A stretch of 64,000 nt of DNA, from positions 6,845-70,844 of the IMG/VR virus record IMGVR_UViG_3300021255_001555. One strand, 5' to 3'. The position numbers and the translations under genes were made by a program. The notes under the pieces were generated by a model. That model made no database searches and was not told the DNA's origin. It saw only the letters and a list, made by a program, of their open reading frames with translations. Of the stretch, positions 18,369 to 27,939 are shown piece by piece (the stretch's first letter is position 1; every line of letters starts with the position of its first letter). Origin of the DNA: a virus. Taxonomy: Duplodnaviria; Caudoviricetes.

Positions 18369-18981
18369 TGTTCATGCCCCCGTATTGCTGTTTATAAAAC
18401 AATGCCTTCCCACGGATTACGTTTGCCCCCGTGATAGGGTTACTGTGGTCTGCGGTGTAGTACGGTGAATCTTCAGTGCCAAGGTACTGCAAATCCCACC
18501 TTTCAACAGTGTTTTCAGGTCCATACGGTGTATGTACAAACAATCCATCACAGTTGTCCGCCGCCTCGCCGTGGCTCATAACATGGTCTAAATCCACGGT
18601 TAACCACAGTGCATCACAGAGCTTCCACACTACCTGTGCCATAGTTTCAATCTGCACATCCGTTGGTGGTTCTTCACCGAGGTCATTGGTATTTGCGTGA
18701 TAACCGCAAGTCAACGTAACACCAATAGAACCAGTGTTACGACGGAAGGTATGTGCGAGCGTCTCATCCAATGGATGGTCAACGTAAATACTGCCATCCC
18801 AGTCAATAGCAATGTGATAATCATCGAGATACATCTGGCTCTCATCGCCATCTGCATAATGCCCTGCGGTCCAGTGCAGGTAAATCTTTGGCTCTCTGCC
18901 GTAATCCCGTGCTTCTGCCCAGATACTCTCGCGGTAACCCGATGCCATCTCATACAATTCGTCTAAATTTACCTTACGCAT
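18361..18981 (-). CDS. endolysin, N-acetylmuramoyl-L-alanine amidase (Amidase_2-like)
   Basis: IYLHWTAG, YHIAIDWDG, AHTFRRNTGSIGV, VMSHGE zinc-amidase motifs. Confidence 0.9.
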   Translation of the reverse strand: MRKVNLDELYEMASGYRESIWAEARDYGREPKIYLHWTAGHYADGDESQMYLDDYHIAIDWDGSIYVDHPLDETLAHTFRRNTGSIGVTLTCGYHANTNDLGEEPPTDVQIETMAQVVWKLCDALWLTVDLDHVMSHGEAADNCDGLFVHTPYGPENTVERWDLQYLGTEDSPYYTADHSNPITGANVIRGKALFYKQQYGGMNNE

Positions 18982-18985
18982 ACAA

Positions 18986-19264
18986 TCACTCCTTATTAGG
19001 CATTTCACCGTGTCCACTGTTATACTTTGAGTCTACATAGTATTTCGCTGCCATCGCTGCTAAACCACCGAGACCAGTGACAATCCCGGCAAGACCCTGC
19101 CAACAGCTATTGATTTCAAACTTAGTTCCAAAGAGACCATTTGACCAATAGCCGTACAACCAAGACAACATTACAAGAGCAAGGAACATCATAAGAAATG
19201 TCATTAGTGCTCCAACCTGCTGAGACTGTAACGCCTCTATAAAATTCTTAATTTTGTCTTTCAT
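18986..19264 (-). CDS. holin candidate
   Basis: 92 aa with two hydrophobic segments, directly upstream of the amidase. Confidence 0.7.
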   Translation of the reverse strand: MKDKIKNFIEALQSQQVGALMTFLMMFLALVMLSWLYGYWSNGLFGTKFEINSCWQGLAGIVTGLGGLAAMAAKYYVDSKYNSGHGEMPNKE

Positions 19265-19746
19265 AGTTTTTCCTCCAATTCCATATGGGACACCGTTGGT
19301 ATACCGTCGTCAACAATTTTTAATTCAAGCATTTTATTGTAATACACTTCGCCCAAGCCATTTCCATGAAGTTCATCGTGATACCAATGGTACATATCAG
19401 AAATATTTGTACGGGCTGCCAAGGTTATATACCCCTTTTCAATGAATACACGACAAGATTGTATTATCCTGTCGCGAAGTAATACTTTCCCACCGTTAGT
19501 TATATGCTGAACCTTGGCTTCCAATGAAATCACTTGCTTCGCCAGTTCTTTGAATTGTTTACAAATATCTTCCTGTTGTAACATAATGGTTTTTATTGCC
19601 TCATCACGTTCTATCTCATGGTTATAACGTTTCTCCTTTTCTTCTCTATGTCTGGCAGAAGTATCTTTAATATATCCAAAGAGATACCCTACAAGACCAG
19701 TGACAGTCGCAGTTATTAATGTTGCCCATATAACTTCAAAACTCAT
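19261..19746 (-). CDS. lysis-module membrane protein (holin-like)
   Basis: N-terminal TM segment, coiled coil, LLRDRI...Y..LHGNG pattern common in phage lysis regions. Confidence 0.6.
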   Translation of the reverse strand: MSFEVIWATLITATVTGLVGYLFGYIKDTSARHREEKEKRYNHEIERDEAIKTIMLQQEDICKQFKELAKQVISLEAKVQHITNGGKVLLRDRIIQSCRVFIEKGYITLAARTNISDMYHWYHDELHGNGLGEVYYNKMLELKIVDDGIPTVSHMELEEKL

Positions 19747-19760
19747 TTCACATCACACCT

Positions 19761-20051
19761 TTAGAACTTTACTTGATACATCATCACCCCTGTACAATCA
19801 GCGGCAAAGTCACCGCCATCCCAATGGTCATCAATTAAACCTTCTTTAATTGCTCCGATAGCTAACGTAGTAAATGCTGCCCAAAAATCATTGAATCCTG
19901 CATTGCGTTTCAACTGGTCACAAATAACATAACTTACTGCTGCATGGGCAATCTTATCTGTACCAATGTTATCCTGAATATCATGTAAATCATTGGCGTA
20001 ACAAGGAGTTACAAACATAATCAAAGCAAATACCATTGCAATAATCTTCAT
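19761..20051 (-). CDS. small membrane protein (VanZ/YfiM-like)
   Basis: Signal peptide; DKIAH and GAIKE...D..AD motifs. Confidence 0.5.
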   Translation of the reverse strand: MKIIAMVFALIMFVTPCYANDLHDIQDNIGTDKIAHAAVSYVICDQLKRNAGFNDFWAAFTTLAIGAIKEGLIDDHWDGGDFAADCTGVMMYQVKF

Positions 20052-20082
20052 CTAACTATCATCTCCAAATTAAAAAGTAGGG

Positions 20083-20241
20083 TTAGTAATAGCCCTGCTG
20101 TGACTCATCTTCCTTTTCCTCTACAAGCGGTGGAACGTAGATTGGAAACTCATGGTTACGACATACCCACTGAGGTTTCTCAGGAGTACCAATGTTTTCC
20201 ATTTTCTTCGTACAATGTGGACAACGCTTCTTTACTGCCAT
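20083..20241 (-). CDS. 52-aa zinc-ribbon peptide
   Basis: GGAGG RBS; MAVKKRCPHC...WVCRNH; below the ORF-track cutoff. Confidence 0.45.
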   Translation of the reverse strand: MAVKKRCPHCTKKMENIGTPEKPQWVCRNHEFPIYVPPLVEEKEDESQQGYY

Positions 20242-20243
20242 GA

Positions 20244-20546
20244 TTATCCCTCCAATTCTTTTCTATCAAGCTGATACTGTGCTTCAATTTCAGCCATTTC
20301 TTCTTTTAGCTCTGTAACGGTATCATTATCACCACTAAGAATAGCATCCATAAGATAACCTTTGAGTTCATTCTTGTTGGCTTCGTACTCAGCTTCTAAC
20401 TGTGCCAGCTTTTCCTCTTTTGTCGGCACATGGATAGGTTCGGGATGCAGTTCTTTCCATTCCGGCTCCGTGTAATATCCTCTTGGCTTTTCTTCCCAAA
20501 CCTCGAAGTTTCCGCTTGGTGAATAGTATTTTCCCATGTATATCAC
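20244..20546 (-). CDS. tail fiber assembly/chaperone-like protein
   Basis: Directly after the fiber gene; P..PT.EEK.A helical C-terminus. Confidence 0.55.
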   Translation of the reverse strand: MIYMGKYYSPSGNFEVWEEKPRGYYTEPEWKELHPEPIHVPTKEEKLAQLEAEYEANKNELKGYLMDAILSGDNDTVTELKEEMAEIEAQYQLDRKELEG

Positions 20547-20549
20547 TCC

Positions 20550-21800
20550 TTAAATGTCGCAGTATTCAAATGTGATGTAACCATCGCCGCCGTTGCCACC
20601 GTTAAGCTGCCCCATTGAACCGCCAGCACCACCAGCACCTGCATAACCATTAATGTGGTTATAGAAGGCGGTTGTGGTATATTGTCTACTAACACCGCCA
20701 CCGGGACCACCGCCCACACCACCGTCAGATTTCCAAACATCATTTCTGGAGGCACCTGCTACACCACCTGCACACCCATATCCAATTGTTTCGGTGCCGT
20801 TTATTGTAGATGCACCACCTTGCCCGGCGATACCATATTGCCCGCCGTGTCCACCTCCAGCAGAATAAATCGAGTCTGCGACAGTAATAGACGTAGAGCC
20901 TCCGTCCCCACCTCTGTTACTTGCACCACCTGGGTTTGTAGTATTACTCCCTATACCACCAGAACCACCTGCCCCAACCGTGAAGCTATAAACTTGCCCA
21001 GCTGTGAGTTTTTCGTAGACAACTAAATGCCCCCCTTGACCGCCACCGGCACCAGAAAAAGCCCCTTGAGCCGAATCTTTCATATACCCCGAACCACCAC
21101 CGCCACCGCCTTGCAAGGTGATACGGTAAGTGCCTGTGACAGGTGCGGTAAAACTACCACTAGACGCGAAGGTTTCTTTGTGATTAAACACTCCCATGTT
21201 GAGAGTATTTGAAACACTGTCCTGAATAATAGAGTAAGATACAGTTTCAATATCCGCACTCACTACAGAATCACTTGTAGTTACAGTGGTAATACCGTAC
21301 TGGGTACTGTATTCACTAGATTTAACAGAGGTAAATACTGTATTTGTCCCGTCATACAACTTCAATCCTCTGTACTCAGTGAAAACAGGAGTCATATCGT
21401 CTGGTACAGTAAAAGAATTTTCAGATACATAGGTAACATCAATAGTAGGAGTCTTCCATTCATCAACATTAGCTGTCACTGGATCCTTTAAAGTGCCATC
21501 TGGATTCATTGAAACATCAAGACGAGATTTTAGGTCATTCATTTGCCCTCGTGCCTCAACAATTTCAGCATGAGTAGCAGTGGTATCTCCATCTGGAATC
21601 CACGCTGTACCATTGTATACATAGGTTACATTGTTAGATACATTAAAATACTTCTGACCAATCGCTGGGTCAGTAGGTGCAGAGCTACCGCTAAAATTAC
21701 TACGGAGAGCTTCAGTATTATCCTGTAAGTTACCTACGTATTCACGTACAAGCTGTCCTGCACCACGGATAACACCGCCCTGATTATGATAAGTTTGCAT
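20550..21800 (-). CDS. tail fiber / receptor-binding protein with glycine-rich C-terminal domain
   Basis: NFSGSSAP; FTAPVTGTYRITLQGGGGGG...GGNGGDGYITFEY Gly-rich domain. Confidence 0.8.
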   Translation of the reverse strand: MQTYHNQGGVIRGAGQLVREYVGNLQDNTEALRSNFSGSSAPTDPAIGQKYFNVSNNVTYVYNGTAWIPDGDTTATHAEIVEARGQMNDLKSRLDVSMNPDGTLKDPVTANVDEWKTPTIDVTYVSENSFTVPDDMTPVFTEYRGLKLYDGTNTVFTSVKSSEYSTQYGITTVTTSDSVVSADIETVSYSIIQDSVSNTLNMGVFNHKETFASSGSFTAPVTGTYRITLQGGGGGGSGYMKDSAQGAFSGAGGGQGGHLVVYEKLTAGQVYSFTVGAGGSGGIGSNTTNPGGASNRGGDGGSTSITVADSIYSAGGGHGGQYGIAGQGGASTINGTETIGYGCAGGVAGASRNDVWKSDGGVGGGPGGGVSRQYTTTAFYNHINGYAGAGGAGGSMGQLNGGNGGDGYITFEYCDI

Positions 21801-21803
21801 ATA

Positions 21804-24800
21804 TTACCATCCTTTCACTGTGAGTAAAAACGATACATTCGTTGGATTTCCACTAGCATCAAATGTTTTTACTGTCACAGACTGCGTATTAACATCTATT
21901 ACTGGGAACGCATACAAAGAACCAGTGATTACACAGCTTACCTGTGTAGGAATTTCAAGGAACTCCTCGTCAAACTGGAAGGTTTTTGTACCATTCACAG
22001 TAGTATCTCTGTATGTATACTCTAAGTCTGGAACATCATAGCATTGATATAACTTAGTAACATGAACTCGTGTATTAATAGAACCGAGAGTATAGACTAC
22101 TTTATACTGTATGTATCTAAACTGATACGATGCAGATACATACAACTGCCAGTCAGTCCATTCTTCACTGTCTTCGCTGTATCTAATGTAAATCTCTCTG
22201 TCCCAATTGTGATTCATGTTTTCAAAGCTATTTGTCCAGAGTTCATCAAATGTTTTATCCCATATATCATCAAAGGAAATATCAAATTCATTGACATCTT
22301 CTTCAAATATATAGTTAATATTGGTCAATTTATTTTTTCTTATATCAATAGCATCAGAAACAATAGTAAACGTATCCAAACTCTCTGAATCAAATGTTTC
22401 AATATAGTCATCAAAGGTTGCATCCCAGTCATCGTCAAATAGTATGCCCCACGGATTGACAAGGGTTCCATCCGTTGCTTTAAACAGACCATTAACAGTG
22501 TAATTACCAAGCTCAATACTATCTTGTTCAAGGATTACATTCTTAAACCTGTTAGGGTCTCTTATGTATATCTGATAGATAGCATCGTGAACACTTTCAT
22601 TTCCTGCGTTATCCACTGCCTTGACACGGAATACATGGTTACCTTCCCACTGTATATCTACATTACGCACTCTATATGGGAACGAATAGAAGTCACAGAT
22701 TTTCTTTGCATCTTCCCATGTTGTTCCGTCCATACGCAGTTCAACATGGTCAAAGTCTGGATCATCTGCTATTTTGCCTTCCAGTATAAACTCATTGTCA
22801 TTACTGTACTGTCCAATGACAAACTTTGTAATATCGCCGGGAGGACTATTCTTACCAACGAGTGCTAATGATGCCACAGCACCACTACTTGTTCTATTTG
22901 TTGTATTAACAGTTACTACTTTTACTCTAATAGTGCGATGTGGTATTGTGTTTTGAATTACAAATGATGTATTATTGGCATTGCCAGCATATGTATAACT
23001 CTTGCCATCATATGAATAGTAAACATTATACGAAGATATAAATGGATAATTCGGAGCTTTCCATGTTGCAGTTACATGACCAATGTAAGCACCGCCCTGA
23101 CTAAGATAGCCATCTTCTTCAAGTGTTAAATTCAAAGGGTTCAATACTTCCCCTGCATACGGTGTTGGCATTGTAGAATACTGATACCAATGAATATTGC
23201 CGCCGAGTTCGTCTGTATAAATAGTGTCATTGTACTGTCTACCACTGATTTCAAATGTCCCCTTGTTGGTTTCTTTGATTTCAGCGATACGAATTGGCAT
23301 ACCGTCAAATACTCCGTGATAAGACAATGTAACAACATCGCCCGGCTCAAGGTGCATTGCTTGCATACCAGTGGAGAACGACACCTGCAATGGACAAGTA
23401 AGATTGTAATCACGGTAGAACCTTGCTAATCTCAATGCCTGATTCTGTGAAGTTACACCTTCAAGCCCTACCTGCTTAGTGATAATCTTCTGCCGTTCCT
23501 TTTGATCTGCTTGGTCTTCGCATATAGCTACAATTGACTTCCAATTATTCAAAGGGTCAACAAAGGATACCTCATAGCGGTTAGGGGTTTCAGATAGTTT
23601 CAAAGGTTCAATTTTTAAATCCATCATGGTATCATCATTGAAACGATAACTGATAGGAGTTGGCTTCTCAATTTTTAACTTTAGCTTCCCCTGAGAATAC
23701 ACAAGATAACCTGCAAAGCAAGCAAGCATTTCTTGTAACCATTCGAGAGCAGAACGCTTCTCATCGAGTACCATGTTAAGTTCGTATCTCTTTGCTCTCG
23801 TTGTTGTACCGTCACCTGCATAGAATGAAATTACTTCATCACAGTAATTAGCAGCTTCAATGAACGCATCATTATCTAGGTCAGAAGCAGAGAACCACTT
23901 GCCAAGACCATATCGTTTTGACAATAAGAAATCTCTTACACACCACGCAGGATTTGTTGAATACTCTGTCCTTCCTGTTTTAGCATTGTATACCTTGCGA
24001 CCTTTAACTAAACATGACACTGACGGATTACCACTAAGTTCATCCGATATTACAAATTTCATATCAAGCCATGCCATGTCAGTATAGGCACCAGTCTCGG
24101 TATAGTTACTTGGAATAGAACAATCTCTAAACGTAAAGTTAGTACCACCGCGTACTGTATCTGCTGTGAAATTTATTGGATTGTTATAGCATCCACCGCC
24201 CGGTGTCGATAGCTTGCCGGGGTATAACGATGTACTAGCCACTGGAAACGCTTGCCAACCTTCGCCTAGTCTGTTGATATAACTTATCAAAGCATTGACA
24301 TTCACCTGATAGTCCCAGTATGTAGTATTCTGATTCATATCATCAGGGATACAGAGGAAAATATCATGGTTACCACCGCTACTCTTAAGATACAAGTGTC
24401 TGTCCTTTATCTGTGCTGTAGCGTTGCTATACTTGATATTCTGCAATGTAAATACAGTGTTAGATGTCTGACTACCAGTAGGTATTAGCAATTCATTTGC
24501 AGTTACACCGCTAACACCTTGAATTCCACCTTCGCACAATACAACGTGCTTGTATAGCTCACTAGAATCAGAGTTTGTCTTATGATACGTCTGGTTACCA
24601 GTAATCCTACGCTCACCATAAACTAGCGGCAATACTCCATTAGAAGACATTGATTCCTGTGCTCTATCAAAACGTTGAACATTGGCGAACCCTGAAGTAT
24701 TATTATTTGGTCTGTTAAACGCAGACCATACAGATGAAAACAGTGAAGCACCAAGCATGAAGTTAGCTGTCCACCCAGTTACACCCCATGAGGAAAACAG

Positions 24801-24962
24801 TCCTGCTCCACCCATAGCTCCTGCTGTCAGTACACCGAGAGCAATACTACCAATGATTTTTCCTGCGGATTTACCATCGCCTCCACCACCGAATAACTGT
24901 GAGTCAAACTGGAACATCCTTGAGGCACGACGACGCATTTTTCTTTCACATCTCATTGTCAT
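21804..24962 (-). CDS. central tail tip / host-specificity protein (lambda gpJ-like, with FN3 domains)
   Basis: LPLVYGERRITG, VKGRKVY, NPAWCVRDFL...YGLG, LEPGDVV, FN3-like repeats. Confidence 0.9.
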   Translation of the reverse strand: MTMRCERKMRRRASRMFQFDSQLFGGGGDGKSAGKIIGSIALGVLTAGAMGGAGLFSSWGVTGWTANFMLGASLFSSVWSAFNRPNNNTSGFANVQRFDRAQESMSSNGVLPLVYGERRITGNQTYHKTNSDSSELYKHVVLCEGGIQGVSGVTANELLIPTGSQTSNTVFTLQNIKYSNATAQIKDRHLYLKSSGGNHDIFLCIPDDMNQNTTYWDYQVNVNALISYINRLGEGWQAFPVASTSLYPGKLSTPGGGCYNNPINFTADTVRGGTNFTFRDCSIPSNYTETGAYTDMAWLDMKFVISDELSGNPSVSCLVKGRKVYNAKTGRTEYSTNPAWCVRDFLLSKRYGLGKWFSASDLDNDAFIEAANYCDEVISFYAGDGTTTRAKRYELNMVLDEKRSALEWLQEMLACFAGYLVYSQGKLKLKIEKPTPISYRFNDDTMMDLKIEPLKLSETPNRYEVSFVDPLNNWKSIVAICEDQADQKERQKIITKQVGLEGVTSQNQALRLARFYRDYNLTCPLQVSFSTGMQAMHLEPGDVVTLSYHGVFDGMPIRIAEIKETNKGTFEISGRQYNDTIYTDELGGNIHWYQYSTMPTPYAGEVLNPLNLTLEEDGYLSQGGAYIGHVTATWKAPNYPFISSYNVYYSYDGKSYTYAGNANNTSFVIQNTIPHRTIRVKVVTVNTTNRTSSGAVASLALVGKNSPPGDITKFVIGQYSNDNEFILEGKIADDPDFDHVELRMDGTTWEDAKKICDFYSFPYRVRNVDIQWEGNHVFRVKAVDNAGNESVHDAIYQIYIRDPNRFKNVILEQDSIELGNYTVNGLFKATDGTLVNPWGILFDDDWDATFDDYIETFDSESLDTFTIVSDAIDIRKNKLTNINYIFEEDVNEFDISFDDIWDKTFDELWTNSFENMNHNWDREIYIRYSEDSEEWTDWQLYVSASYQFRYIQYKVVYTLGSINTRVHVTKLYQCYDVPDLEYTYRDTTVNGTKTFQFDEEFLEIPTQVSCVITGSLYAFPVIDVNTQSVTVKTFDASGNPTNVSFLLTVKGW

Positions 24963-24968
24963 ACCTCC

Positions 24969-25766
24969 TTATCTATATGTTGATTCAAATGGAATTGCAG
25001 GGAATCCACTGAAATGTTTTAAGTTACCAAATCTTTCACATTCGGCTTTCGTTTTATTACACCCTCTGGATAACTGTGCTGTCTTACCAACGACTCTGTC
25101 TTGCAAAAAGTTTACATTGAGTTTTATGGTATTGCCATTAGATTCAGTAATAATTCTACTTTCGCCCTCGATGGAACATACGCCGTTAATCCAAAAGTTC
25201 TTATTGAATGACCTTGATACTGTCAATGTATTACCATTAACGCCAGTAACACTTACATTTGTTGTAGATTTTGACGCACCGCACTGTTCATCGCCAAACT
25301 CAGAATTACAATGTAAACTATATTGTCTATTCGGTACATCAATCTGCGGAAACCTTGACATAATCTTGCATGACAATGTTCCATTGCTAAACGATAGTTC
25401 ATCAAGAAAGCCATAGTAAAGCCACTCAAATATATTAGGGTTCGACAAACTATCAGGGTATTGAATTCTACGAACCAATACGTTTGCCATTCGAGGGTCA
25501 TAGCCTTTCATTACATAACTAAGAAGACCATAATCAACATCGCCAATACTAAGCTGACAATTGTCCGTTATGTTATCCATGGAACGAGTTATGCTTTCTC
25601 GTTGGATAGGCACTGCAAGATAACGAGTTCCTGCAAATGTTATATCTGTATCAGATGCAACGAAATGAATTGTCCCTGTTCTCAAGGCTATATCATAGAT
25701 TTCCAAGAAGAAGGTTTCGTTTGACTCCTTCATCTCTTGCATTTTTACTGGAAGAACTACAGCCAT
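24969..25766 (-). CDS. tail tip / hub protein (gpL / DUF2163-like)
   Basis: C-terminal HCNSEFGDEQCG...GCNKTKAECERFGNLKHFSGFP Cys cluster. Confidence 0.8.
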   Translation of the reverse strand: MAVVLPVKMQEMKESNETFFLEIYDIALRTGTIHFVASDTDITFAGTRYLAVPIQRESITRSMDNITDNCQLSIGDVDYGLLSYVMKGYDPRMANVLVRRIQYPDSLSNPNIFEWLYYGFLDELSFSNGTLSCKIMSRFPQIDVPNRQYSLHCNSEFGDEQCGASKSTTNVSVTGVNGNTLTVSRSFNKNFWINGVCSIEGESRIITESNGNTIKLNVNFLQDRVVGKTAQLSRGCNKTKAECERFGNLKHFSGFPAIPFESTYR

Positions 25767-25769
25767 AAC

Positions 25770-26129
25770 TTATTCCTCCGCATCTTTCAGTACCATAAGA
25801 CTTACCTGTGCCTTGTAACCCACAGTGCCTTCGCCTTCATACCCACGAACTTCAGTGAAATCAAGGTTAGTCTCACCGAATCTCACGCGATACGTTGTAC
25901 CCTCGTAGTTCCACAAGAAGGGTTCAAAGTTACCACCACGAGCAACAAAAAAAGACTCAAGGTATTCCTTCATTTCCTTTGAGCCTGACACATTGAATGA
26001 AAACGTAAGTCTTGGTGTTATCCATTTACGTTGAATCTGAGTGACACCGGATTCAAAGTCTACCTTATTGTTATTGAAATTGTAATTCTTTGTTACCTCA
26101 CCGCGTGGCGTTAGTATTAATGTTTCCAT
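25770..26129 (-). CDS. distal tail protein (gpM / DUF2460-like)
   Basis: FESG..QI...FFVARGGNFEPFLW...VRF. Confidence 0.75.
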   Translation of the reverse strand: METLILTPRGEVTKNYNFNNNKVDFESGVTQIQRKWITPRLTFSFNVSGSKEMKEYLESFFVARGGNFEPFLWNYEGTTYRVRFGETNLDFTEVRGYEGEGTVGYKAQVSLMVLKDAEE

Positions 26130-26133
26130 TCAC

Positions 26134-26532
26134 TCACTTCCTTTTGTACGCCACCTTAAAGAATGGTTGCCACCATTGTCTATGGTAGATCGTACTGTAT
26201 GAATTTGTATATCCATCTACAATCTGTGTTGACAGTAATCGACCATTGCCAACGTAGATACCAAAATGTATTTCACGGTTAATCAGGAAGATACAAATGT
26301 CACCATAGGTCATGTCATTGGGGTCTCGTGTTTTGTTAAAGTTTGCACCGAACCACCGTACAATCCTGCGTGGAGCATCTTTCATCCAATTCTCATCAAT
26401 GGGAAGTCCATCGTCTATCTTGATCCAACCATGCTCACGATAGAAAAGCCTTACAAGACCAAGGCAATCTACGCCTTCAAATGTATCTCCATTAAATTTA
26501 TATGGTATTCCTATGTATTTATCTGTATCCAT
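26134..26532 (-). CDS. NlpC/P60 tail assembly protein (gpK-like)
   Basis: YIGIPYKFNG...GVDCLGLV...HFGIYVGNG. Confidence 0.88.
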   Translation of the reverse strand: MDTDKYIGIPYKFNGDTFEGVDCLGLVRLFYREHGWIKIDDGLPIDENWMKDAPRRIVRWFGANFNKTRDPNDMTYGDICIFLINREIHFGIYVGNGRLLSTQIVDGYTNSYSTIYHRQWWQPFFKVAYKRK

Positions 26533-26549
26533 AACTTTTCTCCAAAAGA

Positions 26550-26580
26550 AAAAAGAGAGGAATCATGTCCTCTCTTTTAA
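26550..26580 (-). terminator. intrinsic terminator after HU
   Basis: AAAAGAGAGGA...TCCTCTCTTTT hairpin with T tracts on both strands. Confidence 0.7.
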
Positions 26581-26849
26581 CGTACAATATCTTTCAATGC
26601 CTTCGCAGCTTTAAACACTGGAGCATCATAGCCAGCAATCTGAATAGCCTCGCCAGTCATTGGGTTTACTCCCGGTCTACCTGCACGGTGCTTTACCTTG
26701 AAAGTACCAAAGCCAACCAGTCGAATGTAACCGCTGTATTCAAGTTCATGCGTTGCTACTTCCTTGAAAGCATTGATTACCTTTGCGGTATCCTTCTGGG
26801 TTACACCAGATGCCTTTGAGATTGCCTTGACTAATTCCTTCTGATTCAT
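26577..26849 (-). CDS. hup: HU-family DNA-binding protein
   Basis: MNQKELVKAI...LVGFGTFKV..RAGRPGVNPMTGEAIQI....PVFKAAKALKD. Confidence 0.95.
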   Translation of the reverse strand: MNQKELVKAISKASGVTQKDTAKVINAFKEVATHELEYSGYIRLVGFGTFKVKHRAGRPGVNPMTGEAIQIAGYDAPVFKAAKALKDIVR

Positions 26850-26878
26850 AGAAAATCCTCCTTAAAAATAATGTAATG

Positions 26879-27472
26879 ATAATAACCATTAAACCTAGCA
26901 TACCAAGAGCCTTCGCTCTACTTTGCTTTCAAGCCTAATTGTTCGACCACAGAGATGACAAGTCTGAGCAGTAGGGAGCTACCCTAATGCTTCTTGCCAC
27001 GGTCTAGCTCTGAGAAGACTGGTTACTTCCAACGTTCACCCGACATTCAGAATTATGTTTTGGTTACATATATTTTCATAATGTCTTCTTGTTAAACCTT
27101 GTGGTAATTGGGCTACTTGTACGACACTGCTCTCTTATAGGAACGTTACTTCCATCACCACAAATCCCCTTGGGTGGTATTCCCTTGTATTTTTTCTACG
27201 TTTACCAGACGCAGATACAAGGGTTATTCTCCACAGGAGCGTCTATTGCAAGGACGAGAGGGTGTCTGTCTTACCAGACCATTAGCATTGCATTGGTTCC
27301 AGTGGTTGAACCTCGTTCTCCCCCGATAGCCTTACGGTTATCAGGAAGGGTATCACAGGGGCGTATCCGCCAATCCAACTAACAAGTGAATCCTCTATTA
27401 GAAACCAATCCTGCAAACGGAATCACCGCCTTATGCAGCAGGTTTTGCTATGCTAGGTTTAATGGTTATTAT
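26879..27472 (-). ncRNA. large structured ncRNA, candidate ROOL (or GOLLD-related)
   Basis: Perfect 24-bp terminal inverted repeat; many internal hairpins; no credible ORF; adjacent to tRNA genes; strand inferred from context. Confidence 0.7.
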
Positions 27473-27525
27473 TCATCTTCTTCATTATCAAGATTCGTAC
27501 ACTTAATCACTCCTAAAGTTATATT

Positions 27526-27595
27526 TGACAATGACAGGACTCGAACCTGTATCTCCCTGTCAAGACCGTTGTTTTCTCCATTAAACTACATTGTC
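27526..27595 (-). pseudogene. tRNA-like element with a collapsed anticodon arm
   Basis: Perfect GACAATG/CATTGTC acceptor stem, D arm, ACAGG-TTCGAGT-CCTGT T arm; anticodon arm unpaired and 2-3 nt short. Confidence 0.7.
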
Positions 27596-27863
27596 ATATC
27601 AGGGCGACTTGTTTTACATCCTATCGCCATCAGATGAGTTACCTACTTATATACACCTGTAACCATTGGTGTAATGTTATAGACGTTTGTTGTCTACCTA
27701 GCCTCTCAGGTGTCTCTAGTTCCATCCACGGAACTTCAGGCATACCCAACTCAACACCATCTTGGGATTTAGGATTCGGTGTCTGGGGTTCCCATGGTAA
27801 CTTTGCCAGACAAAGATGTTTAGTGAGCCAGTGGTAGGAGTGGTCCCCTACAGTTTGGCATAT

Positions 27864-27939
27864 TGGAAGCAGAGGGTGGAATCGAACCACCGATGTTGAG
27901 CTTATGAGGCTCATAGCTTAACCACTAGCTTACTCTGCT
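27864..27939 (-). tRNA. tRNA with CAT anticodon (elongator Met, or lysidine Ile2)
   Basis: AGCAGAG/CTCTGCT acceptor; TGAGC-CTCATAA-GCTCA anticodon arm; GGTGG-TTCGATT-CCACC T arm; encoded CCA; lacks initiator features. Confidence 0.95.

Noticed and set aside
20550-24962. Diversity-generating retroelement or invertible tail-fiber cassette
   Set aside because: No reverse transcriptase, template/variable repeat pair or flanking inverted sites visible
24682-25416. 244-aa plus-strand ORF
   Set aside because: Antisense to two tail-tip genes; no motif or RBS
26879-27472. MITE or IscB/TnpB omega-RNA explanation for the 24-bp inverted repeat
   Set aside because: No flanking target duplication seen, single copy and no adjacent nuclease ORF; not fully excluded without a search
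27825-27863. Theta (HDV-like) ribozyme directly 3' of the CAT tRNA
   Set aside because: I could not build the nested P1/P2/P3 pseudoknot, and the tRNA already encodes CCA
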